Shown here: one piece after another, positions 12,736-25,807 of the stretch
Layout of the letters: each line of letters begins with the position of its first letter
Numbering within the stretch: the first letter of the stretch is position 1
Origin: Octopus vulgaris
Taxonomy: Eukaryota
Length of the DNA stretch: 64,000 nucleotides
Reading direction: 5' to 3'
Assembly (NCBI GenBank): GCA_951406725.2
Contig: OX597834.1
Coordinates: 18,972,001 to 19,036,000 of the forward strand
The notes under the pieces: generated by a model
Told to the model about the DNA's origin: nothing
What the model saw: only the letters and a program-made list of their open reading frames with translations
Database searches by the model: none
Translations under genes and position numbers: made by a program

Positions 12736-13152
12736 CTCTCTTTTACTCTTTTACTTGTTTCAGTCATTTGACTGCGGCCATGCTGGGGCACCGCCTTTAG
12801 TCGAGCAAATCAACCCCGGGACTTATTCTTTGTAAGCCCAGTACTTATTCTATCGGTCTCTTTTGCCGAACCGCTAGGTGACGGGGACGTAACACACCAG
12901 CATCGGTTGTCAAGCAATGCTAGGGGGACAATCACAGACACACAAACACAGACACACAAACACAGACACACAAATAGATACATATTCATATATACGACAG
13001 GCTTCTTTCAGTTTCCATCTACCAAATCCACTCACAAGGCTTTGGTTGGCCCGAGACTATAGTAGAAGACACTTGCCCAAGGTGCCACGCAGTGGGACTG
13101 AACCCGGAACCATGTGATTGGTAAACAAGCTACTTACCACACAGCCACTCCT
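12736..13152 (-). mobile_element. SINE family A, full length
   Basis: Reverse complement of the 5008-5410 sequence. Confidence 0.95.
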
Positions 13153-14274
13153 ACAAATCATAAAGAAGAATTACTGGGATAAGATGTTTAATGAAGGTTA
13201 AGATTTCTGAACTTAGTCAAGTTGAAGCATTACATTTATTCTTTGATTTTACACCTGGAAGATACAACAACATGAGACATTAACAGATAATAAATTCTTG
13301 AAAGCTTTATTGCCATTATATGAAAGTGTCATGTCATAGATTGCTTTCGAAAAAGGTAACAAGGCTGTGAACCATTTGATATGTTTATGACTAAACTGAG
13401 AGCTATATCGAAAAGAATTTCAACACAAGCTTTATCACTTCATAAAATGTAAAGATGAGTTAATATGCAACGCCTTTATTTCAGGTTTGTTAAATCTTAA
13501 TATTCAACAAAGTGTTTTGAAATGATCAATAACTATCTATCACATCTGAGACAGCCATGAATAATGCAAACTCATATGATTCATCATTGTGAGTGAGTGC
13601 ATCCATATATCAGCAGTAAGCGTAAGCTCTGTTGTTATTTCCGTGGTGGTGGTCTTCAAATGTTTAGACAAGCTTGTTATACAAAGCTCTCAACATCAAA
13701 AAGGGAAATTGAAATGCAAAAAAAAAAAAAAAAAATTGCTGCGGTAAGCAAATTTGTCCATTTGAAGATTTAGATAAAAAGCATACCAACGGATGATGAG
13801 ACTATACAGGCATCTTCAACATTTACCATTATGTCATCTTGTAACAAGATATTCCTTGTAAATCTTTGTAATGAAATTCCTGTGAAATATTTGATTTATA
13901 CAAGATCTGATAGTACTTTCACAGAAGAGCACTTCTATGTAATTAATCAAGTTATGTATGATGAACAATCTAAGAATGTCAATGTAACAAATAATTCAAA
14001 TTATTATATTTTAGGCCAACTAAATAAAAGCAATCATATCTTTCAGAAATGTTAATCGAAATATCATTGAGGTACCCGTTGTTAACAATCTTATATCTTT
14101 TCTCCCTATTGGAAATGATACTTAGATTGTCATAAATAAAAAATGATGACGAGGAAAAATTTTGAAATTCCACTTTTTGTCTCTTCATGAAATCGAAAGA
14201 AAGCCCCCATCCCTTCATTAGTGAGTCACTATAAGACATTTTTACACAAGTGAAATCTAAAATTTTGAAGGACA

Positions 14275-14593
14275 CCCCGACTGGCCTCCGTGCTGGTGGC
14301 ACATAAAAAGCACCATCCAATTGTGGCTGTTGCCAGCCTCATCTGGCCCCCGTGCCGGTGGCACGTAAAACGCACCATCCGATCGTGGCTGTTTGCCAGC
14401 CTCGTCTGGCACCTGTGCCAGTGACACGTAAAAAGCACCCACTACACTCATGGAGTGGTTGGCATTAGGAAAGGCATCCAGCTGTAGAAACATTACCAGA
14501 TCAGACTGGGCCTGGCACAGCCTTCTGGCTTCCCAGACCCCAGTTGAACCGTCCAACCCATGCTAGCATGGAAAGCAGATGTTAAACGATGAT
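14275..14593 (+). mobile_element. Family C SINE-like element with three tandem ~62-bp units
   Basis: GTGCCGGTGGCACGTAAAAAGCACC-like unit x3, then GGTTGGCATTAGGAAAGGCATCCAGCTGTAGAAAC...CCCATGCTAGCATGGAAAG...TTAAACGATGATG. Confidence 0.9.
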
Positions 14594-15475
14594 GGGAGGT
14601 GATATTTACACACAAGTGTGACTTATATACAAATAAATAAGGCAGTCTTCACTCTTCATCAGAAAATCTCCCTGTGAAATTAGAATGTAGTCTTTCCTTT
14701 TTATCAGTATGTCTCTTTAAAGTTCCTGAACATAAATCTTCTACACATATTGCTTGGTGCCGACATAAGAAAACTTGAGCCCATAACAGCAAAATTGCAC
14801 AAAAATAACAAACACCAAGTATTCACCTCAAAATGAAGAAAAACTATTCAAGAGAATAGAATCCTATAATGTTTAATGTTACTTCTTTACTTGACTTAAG
14901 AAAATTCAAATCCATGGTCAGTTATCGATTATACAAAAAATAATTAACTTAGTTTCATGTATTTCCTGTGTCAATGATTGATTATATTCTTCTGAATAGT
15001 GTTCAAAATTCAATTTTCTCTCTTGTCCATCTCCATAGCTTATATTGAGATCCATTCTTTTATTCAGAGTACAATATGACAGCATTTGGAACACAGAGAA
15101 AACTTGATGAATTCACAAAAACTTCCTGTCATATGTACAAACACTGTATGTAGGATATAACAAAATATTGGCTCATTTTTTATGACAAAATAATAGGAAA
15201 AAATGTGCATTATCATCTGCGGCAATATGCAAAAGGAATAAAATAGCTAAATATCTTTGGCATATAGTGTACTACAAATAAAGAAAGAAAACAAATTAAT
15301 ATTTCTTTAAAGAAATAAGTTTTCTCACTTACAATATAAGTTACATTATAAATGATAACATGAAGAGATCTCAAGAGATGTGAGACATTAATGAATTTTA
15401 AAAATATCAATTAAACTTAGTTTAATAATCTCATTGATTTTTTTTCCATTCTTTTCAAAATGTATACCTAAATAT

Positions 15476-15790
15476 CATTGTTTAATGTCCATTTTTCATA
15501 CTGGCATGAGTTGGATGGTTTGACAGGAGCTGACCAGGTGAAAGACTGCACCAAACTTCTGTGTCTGTTTTGGCAGGGATTTTATGGCTGGATGCCCCTC
15601 CTAACACCAATCACTCTACAGAGTGGACTGAGTGCTTTTTTACATGGCACCAGCACATGTAAGGGCAGTATTATCATGGCTTTTATGGCTGGGTGCCCTT
15701 CCAAATCTAAACCACTTTACACTGTGGACTAGATGCTTTTTATGTGGCCCCAGCACTGGTAGGGTGCCATATATATACTGGCAGGGTCAC
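15476..15790 (-). mobile_element. Family C, diverged and partly duplicated copy
   Basis: TTTAATGTCCATTTTTCATACTGGCATG...GGCTGGATGCCC...TGCTTTTTACATGGCACCAGCAC. Confidence 0.75.
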
Positions 15791-15820
15791 CAGTATAATG
15801 GTATATACACCCCCCACCAC

Positions 15821-16161
15821 CACAAACCTGTTATCAGTTCAAATATGTTTGAGGCATATTTGAACCCATAAGACAGCTATTCACTGTTTTTTTGTCACAG
15901 AGAAAATTTCCTATTGTTTGCAAATAGGTGTAAATACATTAAGTCAGTTCATTGTGCTCCCTAACCAGACTCTTGGGTGCATGTATTTTGGAGCGGTTAT
16001 CTCCTCTTTAGCACCAGAGACAGGGAACACTGAACTGATTTTATGTATTTACATCTGTCCGTCTACAACAAGAAATTTTTCTCCAGAACAAAATGCAGTG
16101 AATGGCTTTCTTTATGGTCTTGAATATACCTAAAGCATATTTGAACTGGTGACAAGTTTGT
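15821..16161. repeat. Old fold-back (long imperfect inverted repeat, ~140-bp arms)
   Basis: ACAAACCTGTTATCAGTTCAAATATGTTTGAGG... pairs with ...CCTAAAGCATATTTGAACTGGTGACAAGTTTGT. Confidence 0.85.
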
Positions 16162-16364
16162 ATTTATACACATCCCTGCTTAGCACTGTCTCCCACCATG
16201 TATATAAATAAGAAATTATTTTATTAAATACAAGTTTATATCATTTGTACACCATGTGTTTCACTGTTATTTGGAATGTGTGCGTTGGATGTTCTGAGTA
16301 AAATTGGATGCTTAATCACAGCAGATCATCATAGGAACACTTCATTACATTATGTTACAGAGAT

Positions 16365-16400
<36 letters not shown>

Positions 16401-19329
16401 TCGTTAATCATGATTATCTAAAGGCAACTAAATTAATATTCCAAAGGAACTGCTGACGTCTTCAGTACTGAATCTACCAAAATTTCAGTGGTCATTACAT
16501 GTAAAGAAGAGACATAGCAAACTTTAACAGGAGACACACACACACACTCTTAGAATGGATATTCATTGGCCTTTCACTGTCGATCTTTCTATTTCCTTCA
16601 CAGGAGAAAAACAATCAATCATTGAACTAGAGACTATTGCAATTATAGAATGTATTTGAAAATGGTGAGGTCTATTACATTCCATTCACACTTTCACAAT
16701 TCTCACTGATCAACTTTCACTTTCATTCTTATTCTCAACATCATGTAAATCTTAAAAAGGAAAAAAAAAACCCATTTACATGATGGTGCCTTGAGCTAGT
16801 TGATTTCTCTTACAATATCTCTTACAAACAGAAGAGAGAAGACAAGGCAATTGTTTCTCTATCTTGTAATGCATTAAAAGATATCAATGATTTTAAAAAA
16901 AAAGTTGTTACATGATTAATTATCCCATCGAGGAGTAAGAACATTTGTTCATTGTCAGAATCAGAGAAAAGGTAGTGAATTGGCTGGGTTGTCGGATAGA
17001 TTGTTTTGTGTATTCATTACTGTTCTTTGTACTCTGAGTTCTAATATTGTTAAGGTCAGCATTACCTTCATTCTATTAGGGTTGCAAAATAAAGTACTAA
17101 TTCTGTTCTGAAGTTGATTCTTCTCCCCTTCTTCAACTCTCTCTCTCTCTCTCGGTGGAAGAAACCAGCTGTAAGCAAATTTAGAAAGGGGTGAGAGTCT
17201 ACCAACAATACATGCTGTATATCATGGCCGTACTCCTATGATTGTATCTAGAGATATATTATTGATGGTTAATGAATTCTCAAGGACCCCTATTTTTTTT
17301 TTTACCATTTGATTAGGGAATGGAAAGCAGTAGTTATGATACTTTTTTTTTTCCAAAGCCTTTAAGACTGGTAGGAGGAATATAGAAGAAGTGATCCTCA
17401 AATTGGAAACTTGAGTCTGAATGCTTGTAAAATAATGAAATTCACTAAAGGCACCCAAGGATTAAGTGTCGGTGTTAAACTGCACGATAGATTAAGTGTG
17501 CCATCCAAACACTCAGAATGCAAAGAACCCCTAAACCGAATATTGCAAATCATCTTGTCTGACATTTTAAGTATTTTGTCATTCCATGATTTTGTACTGG
17601 TAGTTACGTTGTCAAATCTGAAAGGATAAAAGAATGTTTGGCACTGATGGGGTTTGAACTTACAATGTTGAGAGCTGCAATGGCAATCTAAAATCTGTAT
17701 TTGCCAGTTCCAGGCCTCCAAGTTCATTTTACTCAGATAAAGGTACACAGCCTGAAAGCATCAAATTAAAACAATTGGTTGATGGCATTGTAAGAACAAG
17801 AACTAAACCATACTTGTTATAGGTCAATGAACAACATGAAATAACTAATGGGTCTATTGTAAATTCAATGAAACTTGCACTTAAAGCTACAGGCTCAACT
17901 AAAAAAGACTTGTAATAAGTATTACCTTTGATGCTGTCATGTATAAGAGCTTTGTTATGTACCTTAACAAATGCAGCACCACATGGAAGTTTCTTTAACA
18001 TTATCTGCTCTTCCATTTCAAGATCAGACATCGCTGGCTTCTTACAATGCTTTGTTTCAATGTTAGGCCATTGTCTTCCATTAGCATTGAAATACGAGGA
18101 CAAAGTTGGAAAATATACCATTAAAGGAAACAATATCACTGTACTGTTCAATTTCTGAATGGTAGAATTGATTTCAATTTTGATTAGACATCTTTTACAG
18201 TGTTAATGTAATAATCATATCTGAGCAATTCTCTACAATTATATGATGAACCAAAAGCTACTACAGCTAATATATATATATATATATGTATTTATATATA
18301 TTAGTACAGTAAAATTTAGATTCAGATGAATATGGTACTTAAGTTAAAGGCACCAGAATTTAGTATGGTAATTATCCATATAATTCAAAATGGGGTTGAT
18401 TATAATCAAAATAAGCAACAAGGATATCCAGCTCTGGATATATATATATATATATATATAAGCAAAATACCAAGAAGGGAAACTCAGTGTGGTCACTTGA
18501 CAGGATGGAAATAGCAACCAAATTTCCCTAAAATTAGACCTTATCACATGCAAAGAGTCAGGACACCTTGAAAAATATATTATTTGATATACAAAAAGAT
18601 GGAGTGGTCAAGGCTGGAATATCTCTGATGATCGGTCTGATTAGTCAGAGCTCATCTGGAAGTTAAACGACCACAAAAACAAAATTAAACTATCACTTTT
18701 CAAATATACACACTTCGACTATCTTTTATATAAACAATGTTAAAAATGAAGAATTCAACACATCTTTCATATCTTGAATGAATTGGAACCACAAATACTT
18801 AATTTAGTTAGGGTACCATCTTGTAATGTGTCTGAGGCATTATTAAGAAACAGGTTGAGAAGAATATTGTATATTTATGTGTTTATTGTTAAGGGTATTT
18901 AGTCTCAAGTAAGCCCTAATTGAGCAGACTCAGGGTCAAATGTGTTCCAGCTGTTACCATTTTATTTTTGTGCACTAGGATCTGTTCCTTGATGTGTCCC
19001 TTTATTCAAAAAAAGTCATTTGGGCGATATTTGATGGCTATTTCCAGCACATAAAGACTCCCTGTTGGCTCATAATGCTCTGAGTGTTGGTGTGAACTAA
19101 AGAATATTACAATGTTACATTTGTTCTATTTTGCAGATTGAAATAAAATATGATGAATGGTAGTCTTTTGTAGTCTGAGAAAGAGAATTCTCCAATTTAT
19201 TGCCAAACAACTTGCGCAAATGATTTGCTTATAGCAACCGAATGTGCTGTACATAAGCTTACTCTCTCTGTCAAATCTAGGTTGACTGAACAGGAGCAGG
19301 GTCTAACGTATGTCATGTGTTGAAGCGAT

Positions 19330-19450
19330 TGCAGAGCAAGTGCAAGATGAAGTGTTTTGCTCAAAAATACAACACACCAACCAGTCCAGGAATTGAAACC
19401 ACAATCTCATGATCCTGAGTGCCACTCCCTAACCACTTGGCCACATGCAT
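19330..19450 (-). mobile_element. tRNA-head SINE fragment (head shared with families E, F and G)
   Basis: Minus strand GCATGTGGCCAAGTGGTTAGGG...GGTTTCAATTCCTGGAC...TTTTGAGCAAAACACTT. Confidence 0.7.
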
Positions 19451-20176
19451 TCAACTGATGTAGAATAAACCTTGGGTATAACACTTATTTTGCTCTACCT
19501 ACCCAACCACCTTGTTTTGGATTCAGTCCTACTTGTGGCCCTTGAGCAAGTGTACTTCTTTATAGACTTAAACCTTGTGAGTGAAATTGCATATGAAAAC
19601 TATTGTATCCGTGTGTGTGTAGGTATGTTTGTGTCTCCTTGTCATGCGATGGTTATTTTATTCTATCTAAAATTTAATTCTAATGGTTATTCTAATATTC
19701 TAAAATTTTATTCTAATGGTTAGAGACGAGTGATGTCTCTTACTTCTAGTCTTTTATGAAAACATGTTTCATCATGGAGAACTATTGCCTTACCTGGAAA
19801 CAGCTGAGCGTTGGCAGTTTTTATGTCAAGGATATTCAGTATCTCTTTATCAATCCTTTACGTTCAGTGTGTAACTAATTATTAAATTGACGAGACCATT
19901 AATATTTCAAAATCTTCTCAGTTTCATCACCAGAATGGAATGATGATAGTATTGAAAATATTGTTATAACTAATAAAATCATCACAGCTGGATTTTAAAA
20001 TTATTCAACAGTTAAGCCTAAGAGTTAATGGTTTATTTCATGTGTGCTCTACCTGTGCATTGAATTTTGTTTCATATTTTACTTATAAATTTTTTTTTAA
20101 TTATTCCATTATCAGTCTTCCAAAATATTGTGGAATTTTATATGAAATTGTAATGCAATCATCTAATGCTTTTCTA

Positions 20177-20512
20177 GGTGCATGGCTCAGTGGTTAGAGC
20201 ATTGGGCTCATGATCATGAGATAGTGAGTTCAATTCCCGGACTGGGCTGTGTTGTGTTCTTCAGCAAGTTACTCTATTTTCATGTTGTTCCATTTCACTC
20301 AGCTGTAGAACTGAGTAGCATCATCACTAGTACCAAGCTGTATCAGCCCCTTTATCTTTCCCTTGGATAACATCAGTGGCATGGAGAGGGGAGGCTGATA
20401 TTCATGGGTGACTGCTGGTCTTCCATAAACAACTTTGCCCAGACTTGTGCCTTGGAAGGGAACTTTCTAGGTGGAATCCCATGGTTTTTCATGACCAAAG
20501 GGGATCCTTTAC
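20177..20512 (+). mobile_element. tRNA-derived SINE family F. Tail fragments also at 23445-23645, 31043-31155 and 48830-48862
   Basis: A box TGGCTCAGTGG, B box AGTTCAATTCC, tail AACTTTCTAGGTG(C/G)AATCCCATGGT..TTCATGACC. Confidence 0.8.
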
Positions 20513-23500
20513 TCTGTTAAAATGAATTACAATGATTACTTGTTGCAAAAAACATGGTCAACCAGCAAGAGAGTATCATACTGTATGTCTAAAGTAACAG
20601 TTTGAGTGACAAAGTTCATAACTTTCATGATTACATTGAAATTAGTACATTGCAATGGTTGGCTTGGCTTGCAAATTTATATAAATTCATATATATATAT
20701 CAGTTGTGTATTTTCTGTTGCATCTGTTATATCAGTGTGAGTGATTTTGTTCCTCTATTAATTAATGTTTGTTTTACATAAAAACGTTTCATTTTTAAAG
20801 TTTCTAAATAAGAAAAATCTTATATTTACATATACCTGTCTTATTGACTGGGCATGTATAGACACACACTGGGTGGCCTCTATGCTCCAACATAACTGAA
20901 TTTCAATGAATGAAATCAGTTAAACATTATAGAACCAATTAAAAAGAGTGAGAGAGAGAGAGAGAGAGGGAAGATTTTTAGGCAGTTTCCTTACTCATGT
21001 GTTTGTTACCATTTAGATTATTTTTTTTCTTTATCTCTGTCTTTCACTTTATTTCTTGTTAGTGATTCTCCAGAGCTTCTTTTCTTTCTTATATAAGCAT
21101 TTTGGACAGATATGTTTGATTCATTGTTCTGAAAATACTGACAAGTTACTTGTATACGTGTATATCTATGCATGCATATATGTGTGTATGTATGTGTAGA
21201 TGTGTGTGTATGTGTGTGTGCACACATATGTGCATGTGTGTCTGTGTGTGTGTGTATGCATGTACATGTATATAATGCTGCCATTCACAATATGTCCTAT
21301 TGTGCTGTATATAAATCTATCTGTCTGATTGCCTATCCACAGAAACATTATATATGTATATATATATACATATACATACATATATATGTACATATTTGTG
21401 TCTAGTTTAAACATGAATAGGCACAGATACTCACGTATGTATATTTATTTAAATATATTCCCAAGTGCATGCCACACACACACACACACACACACACGTG
21501 TGTGCATATGTGTGTAACTGTATAGATGCAGTTTGTGCAGTGTGCCTTCACACATGAAACTTACACATGATCCAATCTGAATATGGATTTACGTATATGC
21601 ATATAAGCTCTCGCAGACATGCATACACTATAAATATTACATGCATTCATGTTTTTATGCAATTAGGGAATTTGTTATGTTCTCTTTACTATGTTAAGAC
21701 CTTTCTCTTCAAGTTTGTGCCAAGAAATTGTGTAGGTTCTTTCATGAAGCGATTCTTTGGTCTGTTAGGCTCCATCTCATTGTCTTTGACTTAGCATTTC
21801 CTATTGTTGCATAGTGTCCAGTCTCATTAATACATCCAACATCCTGCCGGCATCATGATTTTTCTGTAGCAGCTCTATTATATTTCATTTACATGAGTTT
21901 CTTCATTGAAATTCCTTCCTTTAGTTTGATCAATGTTTTCTTTCTTTTCTTTTTCTTCTTCCCTCTTTTTCTTTTTCTTTCCTTTTCCCACCCTCAATAA
22001 CCACCATGGATGAATTCTTGTAATGATACCCAATTGATCTCTGTGGCTTCTCAAAACTTTACAACAGGCTATATATTTGCCCCCTCATTTACTTAGTCTA
22101 TCAGAGCAAGTGCCAAAATGGTAAAAGCAATATATATATATATATATATAAAAGCAATACACACATACACAAATGTGTGTATATTTATTACATATATATA
22201 AACATATACATACACACAAATGTGTCTGTATACACACAAATGTATCTGTATACACACACACACACACACACGTCTATACACACTCTTACACACATATATA
22301 TATGTACATACACAGGCACACACGTGCAACAGTGGTGGCTAAGAGAACTGAATGCAATGCTTGCTCTTTTTCATTCCCCTCCCCTCTCCTTCTGCATGTA
22401 TATATATGTGTGCATGTGAATATATATATACACATTCTGTCTGCACTTACAGATGCATTAGCCCATGTCTTACTTTAACATGCTTGCACTTTGTGATGCA
22501 TGAACACATGCCTGCGCACAGTTTAGTAACCAGCTTGCAATGGATTGCAGTCAAAAACAATAATGGCTGGTGGTAAAATTTATTGCGAAAATTCCCTGGA
22601 AACCTAACCTTATTGCATTTAAGTTTGTGCTGGTTTTACTGGACATTATCAAAGCAAAATAAATGAGTCTTTGTATGTCTGGGTGTTGGAAAAGTACAGA
22701 TCAAAATGGATTGATTTTATCATTCGTGGTGGTGGTGGCCACGTTAGTTTCAATAAACAGTGTTCTTGATGTTTTATTAACAGAACTGCCTATCCGCTGT
22801 ATTTTTGTGTTGAAGACGGAGTATTATACAGATGTTAGTATTGCTATGTAATGCTCATGTGAAATCAGCTTGACAATGTGTGTGTCCAGGAGCATAGAAA
22901 TTACTATTACAGCTCATCTGATGAACTTTGACACAAATTTTTGTTTTCAAGTTTTCACTAACAGGGCTGTATGGTAGAAGATACTTGCCAAATGTATTAT
23001 CTGGCAAGAATGGAAACAGAACCATAACCATCTGGCCATGATGCACTCAGAATATAGGATGTTTGTATACACATCTATCCACACATATCTGGGTGTACAG
23101 ATACCCACACATGTATGTATATTAAGTGTGTAAAGGTTTTTATTTTGTGTCAACTTGTAAGGGACATTATCTTCAGAGATTAACATATATAATATTGCCC
23201 AAACCACATACAAAGGGGTTATGCTATTTGACAGTTTACAAAAAAGGAAAAGGAAACACAATATTCTATCCAAAAATAAAAGTGTTATTTAAAAAATCAA
23301 AAAATACCAATTAGATTATGGCTGAGAGATGACCGTTCATTCGAAGTAGTTATCCTCAGCTTCCACCATGACTTTGAGATGATTCAGGCATCTGGCACAT
23401 GCATTCCTCACTGTCTCCCTGGGAAGATCTTGATCTTGGCCACTAAGCTGTAGAAATGGGTTGCAACATTATTGGTACCAAACTGGATTGGCCTTTGCCT

Positions 23501-23651
23501 TTCCCTTGGTAACACTGGTGGTGTGGAGAAGAGAGGCTGGAATGCATGGGCAACTGCTGGTCTTTCATAAACAATCATGCCCAGACTTGTGCTTCTAGGT
23601 GCAATCCCATGGTCATTTGCAACCAGAGGGATTTTTTACCCTTTACTTTCT

Positions 23652-23862
<211 letters not shown>

Positions 23863-23986
23863 ATGTATGTATGTATATTTTCCTTTTATATTTTCTGCAT
23901 TATATCAAATTTCTTGTGTATATCTCCAGAATAACTTATAAAATAATGGATTGTACTAATTATTTCTAATGAAGCTCTTTTAACTC

Positions 23987-24034
23987 ATCTCTGATGATGG
24001 GATATCATTTATTTCCCTGAAACAGCTGTAAAAC
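23987..24034 (+). ncRNA. Degenerate type I hammerhead-like motif
   Basis: CTGATGA-T-GGGA-(11 nt)-TCCC-T-GAAA-CAGCTG-TA with palindromic stem III ACAGCTGT. Stem I is decayed. Confidence 0.5.
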
Positions 24035-24439
24035 CACCTTTCTACTTATCAAATTCTACTTATCAAATTGCCTTGGCCTTGTTATCATATTTTATTTGAC
24101 ATATACACACTCACACACAACCTACCTTAGACTTCTCATGCTATTATTGAACCAGGAGCTTAACAGCAGTCCTTCCATAGCACTTACATAGCCTTACCTG
24201 CCTTTTGGATCTTCTGGATACCAAAACATTTCATATATTATATATATTCAACAGGTACCATTTCTTTTTCGTTTTTCCTCTCTCCATTTATCTTCTCTCC
24301 TCATTTCATTCTGTAGAAAAACAAAAGCTTGAAACTCCTGAGTGTCAAACTAATATACATTGTTTGTTTGTTTCCTTACTTGTCTCTGTCTTTAGTCTTT
24401 TGAATAATTTTGAACCATATATATATATATATGTATATA

Positions 24440-24607
24440 TCATCATCATCATCGTTTAACGTCCGTTCTCCATGCTAGCATGGGTTGGATGGTTCGACTG
24501 GGGATCTGGGAAGCCAGAAGGCTGCACCAGGCTCCAGTCTTATCTGGCAATGTTTCTACAGCTGGATGCCCTTCCTAACGCCAACCACTCCGTGAGTGTA
24601 GTGGGTG

Positions 24608-24608
<1 letters not shown>
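24440..24608 (-). mobile_element. Family C 3' part embedded in a TA tract
   Basis: CATCATCATCGTTTAACGTCCG...GGATGCCCTTCCTAACGCCAACCACTCC. Confidence 0.9.
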
Positions 24609-24638
<30 letters not shown>

Positions 24639-24640
<2 letters not shown>

Positions 24641-24907
24641 GAAGGTGTTTGGCCTAGTGGCTAGAGTGTCATACTCATGATTACTAGATTGTGTGTTCGA
24701 TTCCCAGACCTGGTTGCACATTGTGTTTTTGAGCGAACCACTTCATTTCATGTTGCTCCCTTCCCCCTTTCAATCAAGGGGGGAATGCTGTCCTGCTTGC
24801 CTAGCCAATAGGGTGGCATTGTTCGGAGGCTAAAGCAATGCAAAGCGCATTGTGACCAGCGATGTGTAACAACATCTGATAGTCTGGTTGGTCATGTGGT
24901 CACATGA
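24639..24907 (+). mobile_element. tRNA-head SINE family G (second copy at ~55088-55375)
   Basis: TGGCCTAGTGG A box, GTTCGATTCCC B box, tail GCATTGTGACCAGCGATGTGTAACAACATCTGATAG. Confidence 0.75.
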
Positions 24908-25807
24908 TATATATATATATATATATATACATATATATATTTATGTATGTGTGTGTGTAAAAGTGGGGGTGTAATTTGAGGGAGATTTGGTTGCTATTTC
25001 TAGTAGGTCATTCAATCCTTTAAAAGCTACTTCTGCTTAGCTCATATATATTGCAATGTTGGTGTGATGCAATGCATTTAGTTTGGTATTGTACTCCTAT
25101 CCTGGGCAATAAAAATGGCAAAAATCTAAAATAAATAAGTAAATATTACAGAAAATACGAACAATATACGCATGTGTGTGTGTGTATTTGGTAAGAACTT
25201 AATTGAAAGCCCCAAGGCAAACCATGCAACTAGTCAATTATTCAGTCGATTGCCCTACCTACTGCAGTGCTGCCTAATTGAGCTGTCTCGGTTTATTGCT
25301 TTCATAACTAGCGCGATTCATGTGACTTCCATTTAAAGTGAAGAGATTTCATTTCTTGTTAGCAAGAAGTAACTTACGAGTGAAATACAGCTTTATAAAT
25401 TATTCAATTACACCTGCTTTTCTCTTTTCTGCCACAAATCTGGTTTATTACATGGAACATGTGAATAAAAAATATGGGAATCAGGGACTTCAAAATCCAA
25501 AATAGAAAATTTTGGTAATAAAACACTTGACAGGTTCAGTTTCGGTTTTTGTGCATGTAGGAATTATTCAATGAAGTATAATGCACTTTATGATATATAA
25601 CATGGGATAGAATTTAGGGTTACAGTTTGGGTTTAGGGCTAAGGGTTCTGTTGGTATATATCAGGTTTAGCAAGAACGAAGTCCGCTTGCATGTTAATTT
25701 CATGAGCTGCCCAAGCTGTTGATTGGGTCAACTGGAACACTCGTCATCGTAACCAATAGAGGGCCAAGTTTTTAGTTTTACACACACACACATATAATGT
25801 ATACACA

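Larger units (their letters stand above)
13200..18160 (+). pseudogene. Decayed Ty3/Gypsy LTR retrotransposon internal region (Gag-protease-RT-RNase H-integrase), interrupted by later insertions
   Basis: Gag-like KDELICNAFISGLL (~13450-13495). Protease-like IPVKYLIYTRSDSTF (~13875-13920). RT-like VIDY, FPVSMID and MTAFGTQRKL.EFTK (~14920-15130). RNase H-like SIIELETIAIIECI*KW, FTILTDQ and WCLELVDFSYNISY (~16615-16830). Integrase-like YSDKGT and IRALLCTLTNAAPH (~17730-17990). Many stops and frameshifts. Confidence 0.85.

Noticed and set aside
21108-21130. AGATATGTTTGAT, identical to the 5' part of miR-190
   Set aside because: The 3' half diverges and there is no convincing precursor hairpin
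25612-25648. Degenerate TTAGGG-like repeats
   Set aside because: Only about four imperfect units; not a telomere or a credible interstitial array
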